Positions 45,353 to 53,833 of a stretch of DNA of 64,000 nucleotides are shown here, piece by piece (within the stretch, counting starts at the first letter, position 1; the number at the start of each line of letters is the position of its first letter). The position numbers and the translations under genes are program-made. The notes below the pieces were generated by a model. It was not told the DNA's origin. It ran no database searches and was given only the letters and a program-made list of their open reading frames with translations. The stretch is taken from the NCBI GenBank assembly GCA_042571645.1, contig JBHPFW010000004.1, forward strand, positions 20,430-84,429. Direction: 5' to 3'. Origin of the DNA: Nanobdellota archaeon (GTDB lineage: Archaea; Nanobdellota; Nanobdellia; Woesearchaeales; JBHPFW01).

Positions 45353-46600
45353 ATGGCATATCAAAACCCTAAAGGAACTGCGGATTATTATCCTGATGAG
45401 AAGAGCAGATTTAATCAGATAGCAGACTCTTTTAGGAAAACTTCTAGGAAATACGGCTTTAAGGAAGTTGAAAGCCCGGCATTTGAGAGTTTTAGTCTGC
45501 TAAAAGAGAAAGAAGGAGAAGAGATAAAAGAGCAGATATTCACTCTTGAAAAAAGAGGTAATGAAAAATTAGGCCTGAGGTTCGATCTTACTGTTCCAAT
45601 AACTAGGATGTTCATAACAAAACAAAGAGAACTGCCTAAACCAGTAAAATGGTTTTATTGCACAAGGATGTGGAGATATGAGCAGCCACAAAAAGGCAGA
45701 CTAAGAGAATTCTATCAATATGGTGTTGAGCTTTTTGGTAGTGATAAATTAGCAGCAGATGCAGAAGTAATAAGACTGGCAATAGATTCATTATTGGATT
45801 TAGGATTAACAAAAGATGATTTCTTTGTAAAACTAAATAATAGAGATTTAACAGAAGGATTTATTGAAGGTTTGGGAATTAAAAAAGTAGCAGATATAAT
45901 GAGGCTTGTTGACAAAAGAGGAAAAATAGGCAACAATGCTTTTCTAGAAGAATTAGAAAAATATGCTATTGAGCCAGAAGTTATAGAGAAGATTCAGGAA
46001 TTTCTTGAGATAACAGACATAACCCAGCTAAAGAATCTTAATGAAAAAGCACAGAAAGCATTAGAAGAGCTGAATAAATTAATGGAACTTCTTGAAGACA
46101 AGAGAGAATTCATAAAGATTGATGTCGAGACCGTAAGAGGTCTCGCATATTATACTGGTTCTGTATTTGAGATATTTGACACAGAAGAAAAATACAGAGC
46201 TTTGTGCGGTGGCGGAAGATATGATAACTTAGTGGAATTATTTGGCGGCCAGCCAACATCAGCAACAGGTTTTGGAATAGGTTTCTCAATTCTTGAATTA
46301 TTGCTTGGAGAAAAGATGAAATTGCCTGAACCTCAGCTAGAAGTTGATTATTATATTGCACCAATTGCTGAAAATACAGTGCTTGATGCTCAAAAACTTG
46401 CTAATTCTCTTAGGGAGAAAAGTTTTTCTGTAGAAATAGATCTCATGCAGAGGAGCTTAAGCAAACAGCTTGATTATGCAAATACAATAAAAGCAAAGAA
46501 TGTGGTTTTTGTCGGGGAAGATGAGATAAAAGAGAAGAAGTTCAAAGTTAAGAATATGGAATCTGGTCAAGAAGAAAAATTAAGTATTGAAGATTTCTAA
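45353..46600 (+). CDS. hisS: histidine--tRNA ligase
   Basis: Motifs PKGTADYYPDE, LRFDLTVP, MWRYEQPQKGRLREFYQ and GGGRYD. Confidence 0.9.
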   Translation: MAYQNPKGTADYYPDEKSRFNQIADSFRKTSRKYGFKEVESPAFESFSLLKEKEGEEIKEQIFTLEKRGNEKLGLRFDLTVPITRMFITKQRELPKPVKWFYCTRMWRYEQPQKGRLREFYQYGVELFGSDKLAADAEVIRLAIDSLLDLGLTKDDFFVKLNNRDLTEGFIEGLGIKKVADIMRLVDKRGKIGNNAFLEELEKYAIEPEVIEKIQEFLEITDITQLKNLNEKAQKALEELNKLMELLEDKREFIKIDVETVRGLAYYTGSVFEIFDTEEKYRALCGGGRYDNLVELFGGQPTSATGFGIGFSILELLLGEKMKLPEPQLEVDYYIAPIAENTVLDAQKLANSLREKSFSVEIDLMQRSLSKQLDYANTIKAKNVVFVGEDEIKEKKFKVKNMESGQEEKLSIEDF

Positions 46601-46663
46601 ATATACTATTTTATCAGCTAGTTCATAACAACCTTTATAAACAAAAGTTTCTAATTTTAACAT

Positions 46664-47554
46664 ATGAGATGGCATGATTCAGATCAGTATCATGAATTGA
46701 ATAGGAGAATAGGTTCTCTAGAGAATTATTCTGAAAAGCCAGAAGAATTACTTGAAATTGTAGAAGAAGAGCTTAGTTCATTGAATAAAACATTTCTTAA
46801 AATAGAAGAAGACAGGAAGAAGATCAAGAGTGCCATAAAGTCTGATGGCAAGGCAAAGAATATTGCAGATAAGATAGAAAAGATTTATTATGAGATAGCT
46901 AATTTGATACATATTTCTGAAGGTATTGGCAGTTTGCATATGAGCTTATTTACTGAATCAGACAAGCATTCTGAATTGCCTGAAAAGGGCTCTAAGCTTA
47001 AGCAATTATCAAATTTTAGTTATAAACTTTCTAGTGCTGTTAGGAAACTTAGAGAAGGTTTTTTGGAAGAGGAATCAATATTAGAACAAGTTCAGAGGCA
47101 TGTTTATGATATAGATAATATTGTAAAGGATCTTGATAGACTATTAAGAAGAGGAAAAATAAGTGCTGTTTTTAGCAGTATCACAAAGAAAGATGAGATG
47201 AAAGAAAAGTATAGAGTGGCACATCATTTATTTAATGATTCTTACAAACTGATAACAGAAGAACTAGAGTTAAGTGCACAAGATAAGAGTCTTATTGAGC
47301 ACGGTTTGGTTTTTTTGGCTGAGCTCGAATCTTATCTAAAAAAGTATGTTTTGAATATCAAAAATTTGCCTGAAGATGTAGAAAAAAATATTGAGCAAAT
47401 TGTTTCTAGTGTCAAGAAACTTGAAGAAGTTTTCAAAGAGTTATCTGCTGACGAAAAATTTGTAAAGCTAATGGATGTTAAAATTAAAACAGATTTAGCC
47501 AGAGAAGCACCGCATTTTGAACATTTTCTCAGGACTATTGATAAATTTTATTGA
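46664..47554 (+). CDS. all-alpha, coiled-coil-rich hypothetical protein
   Basis: 296 aa ORF with a TATA box (CTTTATAAA) about 30 nt upstream. No family recognised. Confidence 0.5.
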   Translation: MRWHDSDQYHELNRRIGSLENYSEKPEELLEIVEEELSSLNKTFLKIEEDRKKIKSAIKSDGKAKNIADKIEKIYYEIANLIHISEGIGSLHMSLFTESDKHSELPEKGSKLKQLSNFSYKLSSAVRKLREGFLEEESILEQVQRHVYDIDNIVKDLDRLLRRGKISAVFSSITKKDEMKEKYRVAHHLFNDSYKLITEELELSAQDKSLIEHGLVFLAELESYLKKYVLNIKNLPEDVEKNIEQIVSSVKKLEEVFKELSADEKFVKLMDVKIKTDLAREAPHFEHFLRTIDKFY

Positions 47555-47592
47555 TTCTCCTATTTAGTGATTGTTAAAAAAATCAAAGAAAA

Positions 47593-47747
47593 AAATATTG
47601 ATGGAAGTTTTCTTACCTCTTTTTTTTTATAAAATCAGTTTTTCGGGTTGGGATTTGCTGATTTTGGTTGGTTGAGATTTTCTTGCTATTCTTTCTTAAT
47701 CTTTTTGTTTGATTAAGTCAGGTATAGCTTTTCTTCCATCAATATTT
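47593..47747. repeat. 155 bp inverted-repeat (MITE-like) element
   Basis: AAATATTGATGGAAG (47593-47607) is the exact reverse complement of 47733-47747 (15 bp). There is also an inner 8 bp inverted repeat, AAAATCAG / CTGATTTT (47631-38 / 47658-65). Confidence 0.5.
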
Positions 47748-47842
47748 GAAAACGGAGGTTTTCATTTTTACCTCCTTCCTTTGTTTTGGATGGTAAATTT
47801 CTTTGCCATCCTCTTTTGTATTGTTTTCAAAGGATCGTGAGT

Positions 47843-47980
47843 TTAAAGCAAAAAAAGTATTAACGCAAAAAGGCTGACTATTATGGCCATCTTAATCTCA
47901 AGATCATATTTTCCAAAATTGAGCTTATAATAGGTGAAATCATCATAACTCTTTCCACTGTATCCTAGGTGTTCTTCCAT
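47843..47980 (-). CDS. possible 45 aa tail-anchored small protein (below the track's size cutoff)
   Basis: MEEHLGYSGKSYDDFTYYKLNFGKYDLEIKMAIIVSLFALILFLL*. An AT-rich TATA-like stretch lies about 45 nt upstream. Confidence 0.3.
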   Translation of the reverse strand: MEEHLGYSGKSYDDFTYYKLNFGKYDLEIKMAIIVSLFALILFLL

Positions 47981-48173
47981 TTTAATCAATTGAGATTAGC
48001 CCTAAGGCTTTTCATATTATAATAGGAGTCATTCATGGTATTAATACTTTTTGCAGGACATATTTGTCAAAAATAGAAATATTTATATAATAATTAACAT
48101 TATGACAAAAAATAGCTAAAGATATCAAAAAATTACAACACTATTTTTAAATCAACTAGTAAATGGATATAAA

Positions 48174-49154
48174 ATGGACATAAGGCTGAAACTGAAAAAT
48201 CGGGAAGTCTTGTATGAGCTGGATAGTAATTCTAGACAGAGCTTTTCTGATATTGCCAAGAAAGTAAATTTAAGCAAACAGGTTGTTGCCTATAATGTTA
48301 AAAACATGCTTGATTCAAGTATAATAGAAAATTTTGTCACATATATAAACACATCGAAGTTGGGATTTACAACATATAAGATTTTTCTCAAAACACAAAA
48401 TATTGGTGAGGAAAAAGAAGAAGAGATCATTAATTTTCTAAGGAATCATGATACTGTAACTTGGTGTGTAAGTTGTGATGGGATTTATGATCTTGGTTTT
48501 AATGTAATGACGCGAAATGTTTATTATCTTAATAAATTCTTGAGCGAATTCAAAGATAAATTTGAAGAATATGTTGGAGAGATGGATCTTCACATAATGT
48601 TAAAAAAAGAAATATTCAAAAGAAAATATTTAGTCGGTATGGTAAAAGAAGTGATGAAAAAGATTCCTGAAAAAACTGAAGAAGAGATATTTCAAATTGA
48701 TGAGTTAAATTCTAAGATACTTGAGAAGCTCGCGCGAAATTCAAGAACAAATACTGTTGATATTGCAAAAGCTCTTAATACCACAACTCAAACAATAACC
48801 TCAAGAATAAAAAAGATGGAAAAAAATAATATTATCACCAATTATAGTATTAATATAGATCCGAATATATTAAATCAGCTTCATCATAAAATATTATTTA
48901 AATTCCAAGATCTTTCAAGGGAAAAAGAAGAATCATTTTATGAATTCTGCAAAACCCACCCAAATATCCAGTTCTTAAGCAAAACTATTGGAAGATATGA
49001 TGCTGAAATAAATATTGAAGTGAGAACAACACCCGAATTTAGAGCAATAATGAAAGAAATAAGGAAAAATTTTTCTGATATAATAAGAGAATATCAGCTT
49101 TTGAATATATATGAGAATCATAAGGTAAATTACTGGCCAAAAGCGATTTACTGA
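48174..49154 (+). CDS. tandem (duplicated) Lrp/AsnC-family transcriptional regulator
   Basis: Two HTH_AsnC-like modules (REVLYELDSNSRQSFSDIAKKVNLSKQVVAYNVKNM and ILEKLARNSRTNTVDIAKALNTTTQTITSRIKKM), each followed by a RAM-like domain. Confidence 0.75.
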   Translation: MDIRLKLKNREVLYELDSNSRQSFSDIAKKVNLSKQVVAYNVKNMLDSSIIENFVTYINTSKLGFTTYKIFLKTQNIGEEKEEEIINFLRNHDTVTWCVSCDGIYDLGFNVMTRNVYYLNKFLSEFKDKFEEYVGEMDLHIMLKKEIFKRKYLVGMVKEVMKKIPEKTEEEIFQIDELNSKILEKLARNSRTNTVDIAKALNTTTQTITSRIKKMEKNNIITNYSINIDPNILNQLHHKILFKFQDLSREKEESFYEFCKTHPNIQFLSKTIGRYDAEINIEVRTTPEFRAIMKEIRKNFSDIIREYQLLNIYENHKVNYWPKAIY

Positions 49155-50050
49155 AGTTTTGTGGATACTTCACAGCCATCTTCTGTAACCAATAAACTGT
49201 CTTCGTGCTGGCTTATCATGCCTTGATCAGTATCGAGTAATGGTGGATAAGCTCTAATTATTTTTTCTTTAAGAAGATCATTTAATGCAAGCTTTACTTT
49301 TGGGAGAGAGAAAGTTTTTGTAAGCCATCTTGTTGTGAAAGGCAGTCCTTCATATTTGTTTATTTCTTTTAGAACTTGTCTCGTGATAATGTTTCTCACT
49401 TGTCTTTTGTTTACTACCATGAAAACTTCTGCCTGGCCTTTTTCATCCACTATGCCTGAGCCTGTACTGGCAAATGGTTCTATAGCAATTGTTTCTCCAG
49501 CTTTTAATTTGTATTGATCATCATTGTTGTAATTTGGTATGCTTGGTTTGCTGTGTATTGTGAATTTTCCAATTCCATGTCCAGAAAGATTTCTTACTGG
49601 TTTAAATCCAGCTTTTTTAATTGTTTCTTCGATAACTTCTCCTAGTTTGCAGACAGCAATTCCTGGTTTTACAAGTTCTATTGCTTTTTCTACAGCTGAT
49701 TTAGATGCTTCAATAAGTTTTTTGTATTTATTATCTTCACTTAAGTCAACAGTACTAGCATTATCTGCAACCCAGCCATTTATGTGCACACCTAAATCTA
49801 TTTTAACAATTTGTCCTTCTTGATATTTGGTTTCATCTTCTGGTCCAGAACAATAATGAGCTGCAGCTTGGTTTATTGAGGATTGTGCTGGGAAGGCTAT
49901 TTGTGCTTTATTTTCTTTGATGAAATCTTCAACTTGATTTAGAACATCAATTACCTTGGTGTTTGGTTTGATGAGTTTCCTGGCTAATTCCCTTGCTTCA
50001 GCAGCTATCCTGCCTGCTTCAAAAAAGTCTTTTTTGTCTTGTTCGTTCAT
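49148..50050 (-). CDS. map: methionine aminopeptidase, type 2 (archaeal)
   Basis: Motifs AFPAQSSINQAAAHY, DLGVHINGWVAD, GHGIG and IEPF. The 3' end overlaps the convergent Lrp gene by 7 nt. Confidence 0.9.
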   Translation of the reverse strand: MNEQDKKDFFEAGRIAAEARELARKLIKPNTKVIDVLNQVEDFIKENKAQIAFPAQSSINQAAAHYCSGPEDETKYQEGQIVKIDLGVHINGWVADNASTVDLSEDNKYKKLIEASKSAVEKAIELVKPGIAVCKLGEVIEETIKKAGFKPVRNLSGHGIGKFTIHSKPSIPNYNNDDQYKLKAGETIAIEPFASTGSGIVDEKGQAEVFMVVNKRQVRNIITRQVLKEINKYEGLPFTTRWLTKTFSLPKVKLALNDLLKEKIIRAYPPLLDTDQGMISQHEDSLLVTEDGCEVSTKLQ

Positions 50051-50188
50051 AAGATAAGGTTAGAAGAAGAGTTATTTAAATGTTATCTTAATGGTTCTTA
50101 TGGTTTATAGATCTTCTATTTGTTGAATTAGGTTGTTTGAGAGGTTAATAAACTTTATAAATATGTTTTTGTGGATTATGCTTATTAA

Positions 50189-52267
50189 ATGAAACAAGCA
50201 AAATTAAGGGAATTATTGAATGATAATAAGAAATTACTTTCTACTAAAAGAGACTTTCTTCTTGGCAAAACACCAGGAGAAGAAGGCAGATCAAAAATAG
50301 GAATACTAATAGGAATAGTTGTTATTCTTGGACTAGCAATACTAATAGCAACACAATTTGTAGGAGAAAAAGAAACATCACAAACACCAGAACAAATAAC
50401 AGATGAACAAGCACCAGAAGAAGAACAACCAGAAGAAATAGAAGAAGCACCACCTGAAGAAATACCTCCTGATATTCAACAAATGCTGAGTTTCTTGGCA
50501 ACAACAGATACCACTAATAAAATTGTTGCGTGCTATGATATTAAAACAAAAAGCCCAGAAGAATATGAGAAGTATTTTGAAGAGCATTGCGAAGTGATGT
50601 CAGAAATTGGCGGTCCATGCAAAACAAAAAGAAACTGTAAGGATGCAAATGCTTGGTGTAAAATTTCTGGAGAAGAAGAAATAGGGATCTGTCAAGAAAT
50701 AAATGAAAATATTCTTGGAAAAGAGTGCAAGTCAGGTGTTTCTTATACAAAGGGAATTAATGAATGTGATGGCTTAATATGTAATGAAGCTATTAGAAAT
50801 AGTGTTGGGAACCCAACCTGTCAGCTTCCTCAAGAAGAAGAAATAGGCTTATGTGCACTAGATTACCATTGTAAGGATGACTTAACCTGTAATACAGAGA
50901 TTAAAGAAGAAAGCCAGGATCTTGACAGTCCTTATGGAACTTGTCAGAAATCCAAAGGTGAAGGGTCTGGTTGTGTGCCACAAAAAAATATTATTGAAGA
51001 AATAAGAGATTCTGAAACAAAAGAACTAATTTTAAAGAAAGTAACTGGCAATCCTCAGTGTGGACAAAATTTAATTTGCAATTATTATTCTGATACTTGC
51101 GAAAAATTAGGTGGAACAAATAAAGTATGTGCTGGTGATACTGATTGCGATCAAGAAAAAGGTTTTTCATGCAATAAAGTTATGAAAACAAAAGAGCAAG
51201 AGCAAGATTTAGAAAAAAGTTATTTAGATGGAGGCACTTGCCAACTACCACAACCAGAAGAAGGACAATGTAAACGTGATAAAGATTGTAAAAATAAATT
51301 AAGATGTCATCCTTACTTAAACATTTGTTTGTCTGGAACAGACAAACAACCATGTCAGCGGCCTGATCCAGGATATAAAAAAGGTTTTGATTGCGTAGAT
51401 AACCTTCAGTGTACTAATTTATTCCAGATAGAGACTAATTGCGCAGATAACTTTAAATGTGATGCGGATTCATTCCCTATGGAGGCTGAAAGTTATTTTT
51501 TCCCTACCTGCGTTCCTCTGGGAAAAAGAGATGATCTATGTGGAAAATTATGTAGAAAAGGTGCGTTCTGCAGAGAAGTAATATTATGTGATGAAGAGTC
51601 TGGCTTTTTTTGCAATGAAGCGTTTAAACAAGAGTTTACTATTAAAGCGGGCGGCAAATATACTCTTGGAAAATGTATGAGATCAACTGGACAAGATACT
51701 CCTTGTTCCAGCGATGACAACTGCGAAGGCAGTTTAGCTTGTTTAAACAATAAATGTCAACTGCCTAATCTAGTTGGAGAAGGAGAGTCTTGTAGAGATA
51801 AAGAAGTAAGATGTGACAAATCACGAGGTTTGATATGTCTAGAAATATTGGACTATAAATGCGGTAAACCAAGAAAAAAGAATGAAAAAGGATCTAGTGG
51901 CGATTGCGAAGAAGGTTTGTTGCATATTAAGTTTGAAAATTTTTGTATTGTAAAAGATGGAGATATTGGTGACAAATGCTATTCTGGGGTTATGGGGGTT
52001 GGTACAGAAGGTTGCAAGGATGTACTTTTCTGTGCAGGTTCTGCCGATGATGAGGATGGAACTTCCACTTGTCAACTAGTTGACTTTTTAGGTAAATCAT
52101 GCTCTGCTAATGATATTGTCGATTTTTGTGAACAAGAAGAGCCACTATCAAGATTGCAACTACAAAAAAAATTATACCCTAACGCATTTTCTAAGTGGAA
52201 GTGTACTGACTGGGGTAATTGTAAGATACAAGGTTCTTGTGTAGAAGGCAAGTGTATATTGCAATAA
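50189..52267 (+). CDS. membrane-anchored, extremely cysteine-rich repeat protein (surface/secreted)
   Basis: N-terminal TM IGILIGIVVILGLAILIA, then an acidic P/E linker, then about 14 modules of roughly 4 Cys each. I count 58 Cys in 692 aa. Confidence 0.7.
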   Translation: MKQAKLRELLNDNKKLLSTKRDFLLGKTPGEEGRSKIGILIGIVVILGLAILIATQFVGEKETSQTPEQITDEQAPEEEQPEEIEEAPPEEIPPDIQQMLSFLATTDTTNKIVACYDIKTKSPEEYEKYFEEHCEVMSEIGGPCKTKRNCKDANAWCKISGEEEIGICQEINENILGKECKSGVSYTKGINECDGLICNEAIRNSVGNPTCQLPQEEEIGLCALDYHCKDDLTCNTEIKEESQDLDSPYGTCQKSKGEGSGCVPQKNIIEEIRDSETKELILKKVTGNPQCGQNLICNYYSDTCEKLGGTNKVCAGDTDCDQEKGFSCNKVMKTKEQEQDLEKSYLDGGTCQLPQPEEGQCKRDKDCKNKLRCHPYLNICLSGTDKQPCQRPDPGYKKGFDCVDNLQCTNLFQIETNCADNFKCDADSFPMEAESYFFPTCVPLGKRDDLCGKLCRKGAFCREVILCDEESGFFCNEAFKQEFTIKAGGKYTLGKCMRSTGQDTPCSSDDNCEGSLACLNNKCQLPNLVGEGESCRDKEVRCDKSRGLICLEILDYKCGKPRKKNEKGSSGDCEEGLLHIKFENFCIVKDGDIGDKCYSGVMGVGTEGCKDVLFCAGSADDEDGTSTCQLVDFLGKSCSANDIVDFCEQEEPLSRLQLQKKLYPNAFSKWKCTDWGNCKIQGSCVEGKCILQ

Positions 52268-52342
52268 TTCTTTTAGAATCACGAAATAAATTTTATAAAT
52301 GCAGATTCTTGAGAAGTAAATATTAGTTTATATTCTGCCTAC

Positions 52343-52873
52343 TTAATACAATATCCCGACCATGATTCCAGAAACATCTTTGAATCTTACTTTTTCAGGA
52401 TCAGGAGTTTTGTTGTTGTCGCCTTTTAGGATAAAGTATACGCCTTGTTCATCAATGTCTTTTTCTATGACTCTGTGAATAACTAAGCCATTAGCAATTT
52501 CTGAGTGATATGAAACTACATCTCCAACTTTTATCTCATCAGGAGTTTCAGGAATTATTTCTAGGCCGTTTGCTCCTGAATCAAATAATGGATCCATTGA
52601 ATTAGTATCTGTAAATGTACTCCATTCTGCATTAGTTAAATCAATGATTATTTTATCATTAAATACATGAATCTGGTCTTCTGATATATGGTCTGCTGGA
52701 GAATATCTTTCTGGGCTTTCAAAGCCAATTAAACTGTTGAATGAGAATGGTTCTTCAGTTTCTAAGCTGCTGTTATATTCAATATACACAGCATTAGCTA
52801 GCCAACCCATAGCAAACATAAATATTAGAGATATTACTGCTGTGATTCTTAGTTCTCTTATTCTGACCACCAA
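52343..52873 (-). CDS. signal peptidase I (archaeal Sec11/S26B type)
   Basis: N-terminal TM plus motifs SMDPLF, GDVVSY, VIHRV and KGDNN. The TTG/GTG start lies 26-29 nt downstream of the TATA box (leaderless). Confidence 0.75.
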   Translation of the reverse strand: MVVRIRELRITAVISLIFMFAMGWLANAVYIEYNSSLETEEPFSFNSLIGFESPERYSPADHISEDQIHVFNDKIIIDLTNAEWSTFTDTNSMDPLFDSGANGLEIIPETPDEIKVGDVVSYHSEIANGLVIHRVIEKDIDEQGVYFILKGDNNKTPDPEKVRFKDVSGIMVGILY

Positions 52874-52898
52874 TCAGTATATTTTGGGTAGTTGGTAG

Positions 52899-52914
52899 TA
52901 TATAAACCTTTCGG
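52899..52914 (-). promoter_or_regulatory. BRE/TATA promoter box (CCGAAAGGTTTATATA on the minus strand)
   Basis: Exact copy of the 25694 box. Confidence 0.55.
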
Positions 52915-53031
52915 TTATTTAATTACTCTAAAGTAGTTAAATAAGAACTGGGGATGTGATAATTATATCTTTCAATATAGAAAACAAATAACAAAATAAA
53001 TTTAAAGCCTTCTACCGCAAAACCCCATAAT

Positions 53032-53694
53032 ATGAAATACAAACTAATCTGCTTTGATTTGGATGGTACTATAATTGATGAAACTATCTTTATCTGGCAG
53101 ACATTGCATGATGAGCTGGGTACAGATCCTGTTGTCAGGAAAAAGGCAGCTGAGGATTATTATGCTGGCAGAATAACCTATGCAGAATGGGCAGAACATG
53201 ACATCAAGATGTGGAAAGAACAATCTGCTACAAAAGAAAAACTACTTCATGCAATTAGAAAACTTAAGTTGATGAAAGGTGCAAGAGAAACATTAGAAGA
53301 ACTAAAACAAAGAAAAAAACATGGATTGAAAATAGCATTGATTTCAGGAAGCTTGGATTTTGCTTTGGAATATGTCTTGCCGGATTATAAAGAAATCTTC
53401 GACGACATTTACATAAATAAAGTAGTCTTCAATGATGATGGAACTATAAATAAAATAATCCCAACTGCGCATGATCATGTTCATAAAGCAACTGCATTAA
53501 AAGAAATTTGTGAAAAAGAAAATATTTCAATAGAAGAAAGTATTTTTGTTGGGGATCATGAGAATGATATTTATATTGCAGAAACTGCTGGGTTTTCAAT
53601 AGCATTCAACTGCAAGTCAGATAAACTTGCGCAAATAAGTGATGTGGTTATAGAGAAAAAGGATTTGAGAGAGATATTGCCTTATTTTGGTTGA
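53032..53694 (+). CDS. HAD-IB phosphatase (phosphoserine-phosphatase-like)
   Basis: Motifs LICFDLDGTIIDE, LISGS and FVGDHENDI. Confidence 0.75.
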   Translation: MKYKLICFDLDGTIIDETIFIWQTLHDELGTDPVVRKKAAEDYYAGRITYAEWAEHDIKMWKEQSATKEKLLHAIRKLKLMKGARETLEELKQRKKHGLKIALISGSLDFALEYVLPDYKEIFDDIYINKVVFNDDGTINKIIPTAHDHVHKATALKEICEKENISIEESIFVGDHENDIYIAETAGFSIAFNCKSDKLAQISDVVIEKKDLREILPYFG

Positions 53695-53833
53695 TTTTGG
53701 GGAATTAATTTTCAGCACATTTGTTTTAAAAATCCTTTATAAACTCTTAAAAGGCTTTAACTATTCTGAAATAGCAAAAACCCAAAAGTTTATATATATC
53801 AATTATTCTCAAGCTTGTTATTGGGGGAATATA

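Noticed and set aside
52285-52310. TATA-like CGAAATAAATTTTATAAATGC between the convergent Cys-rich and signal-peptidase genes (possible antisense promoter)
   Set aside because: No ORF or structured element lies downstream in either direction, and AT-rich palindromic strings of this kind are expected by chance between convergent genes.
53687-53833. 49-codon N-terminal extension of the surface protein
   Set aside because: It overlaps the previous HAD gene. A TATA box lies inside it, and ATG 53834 yields a canonical signal peptide.
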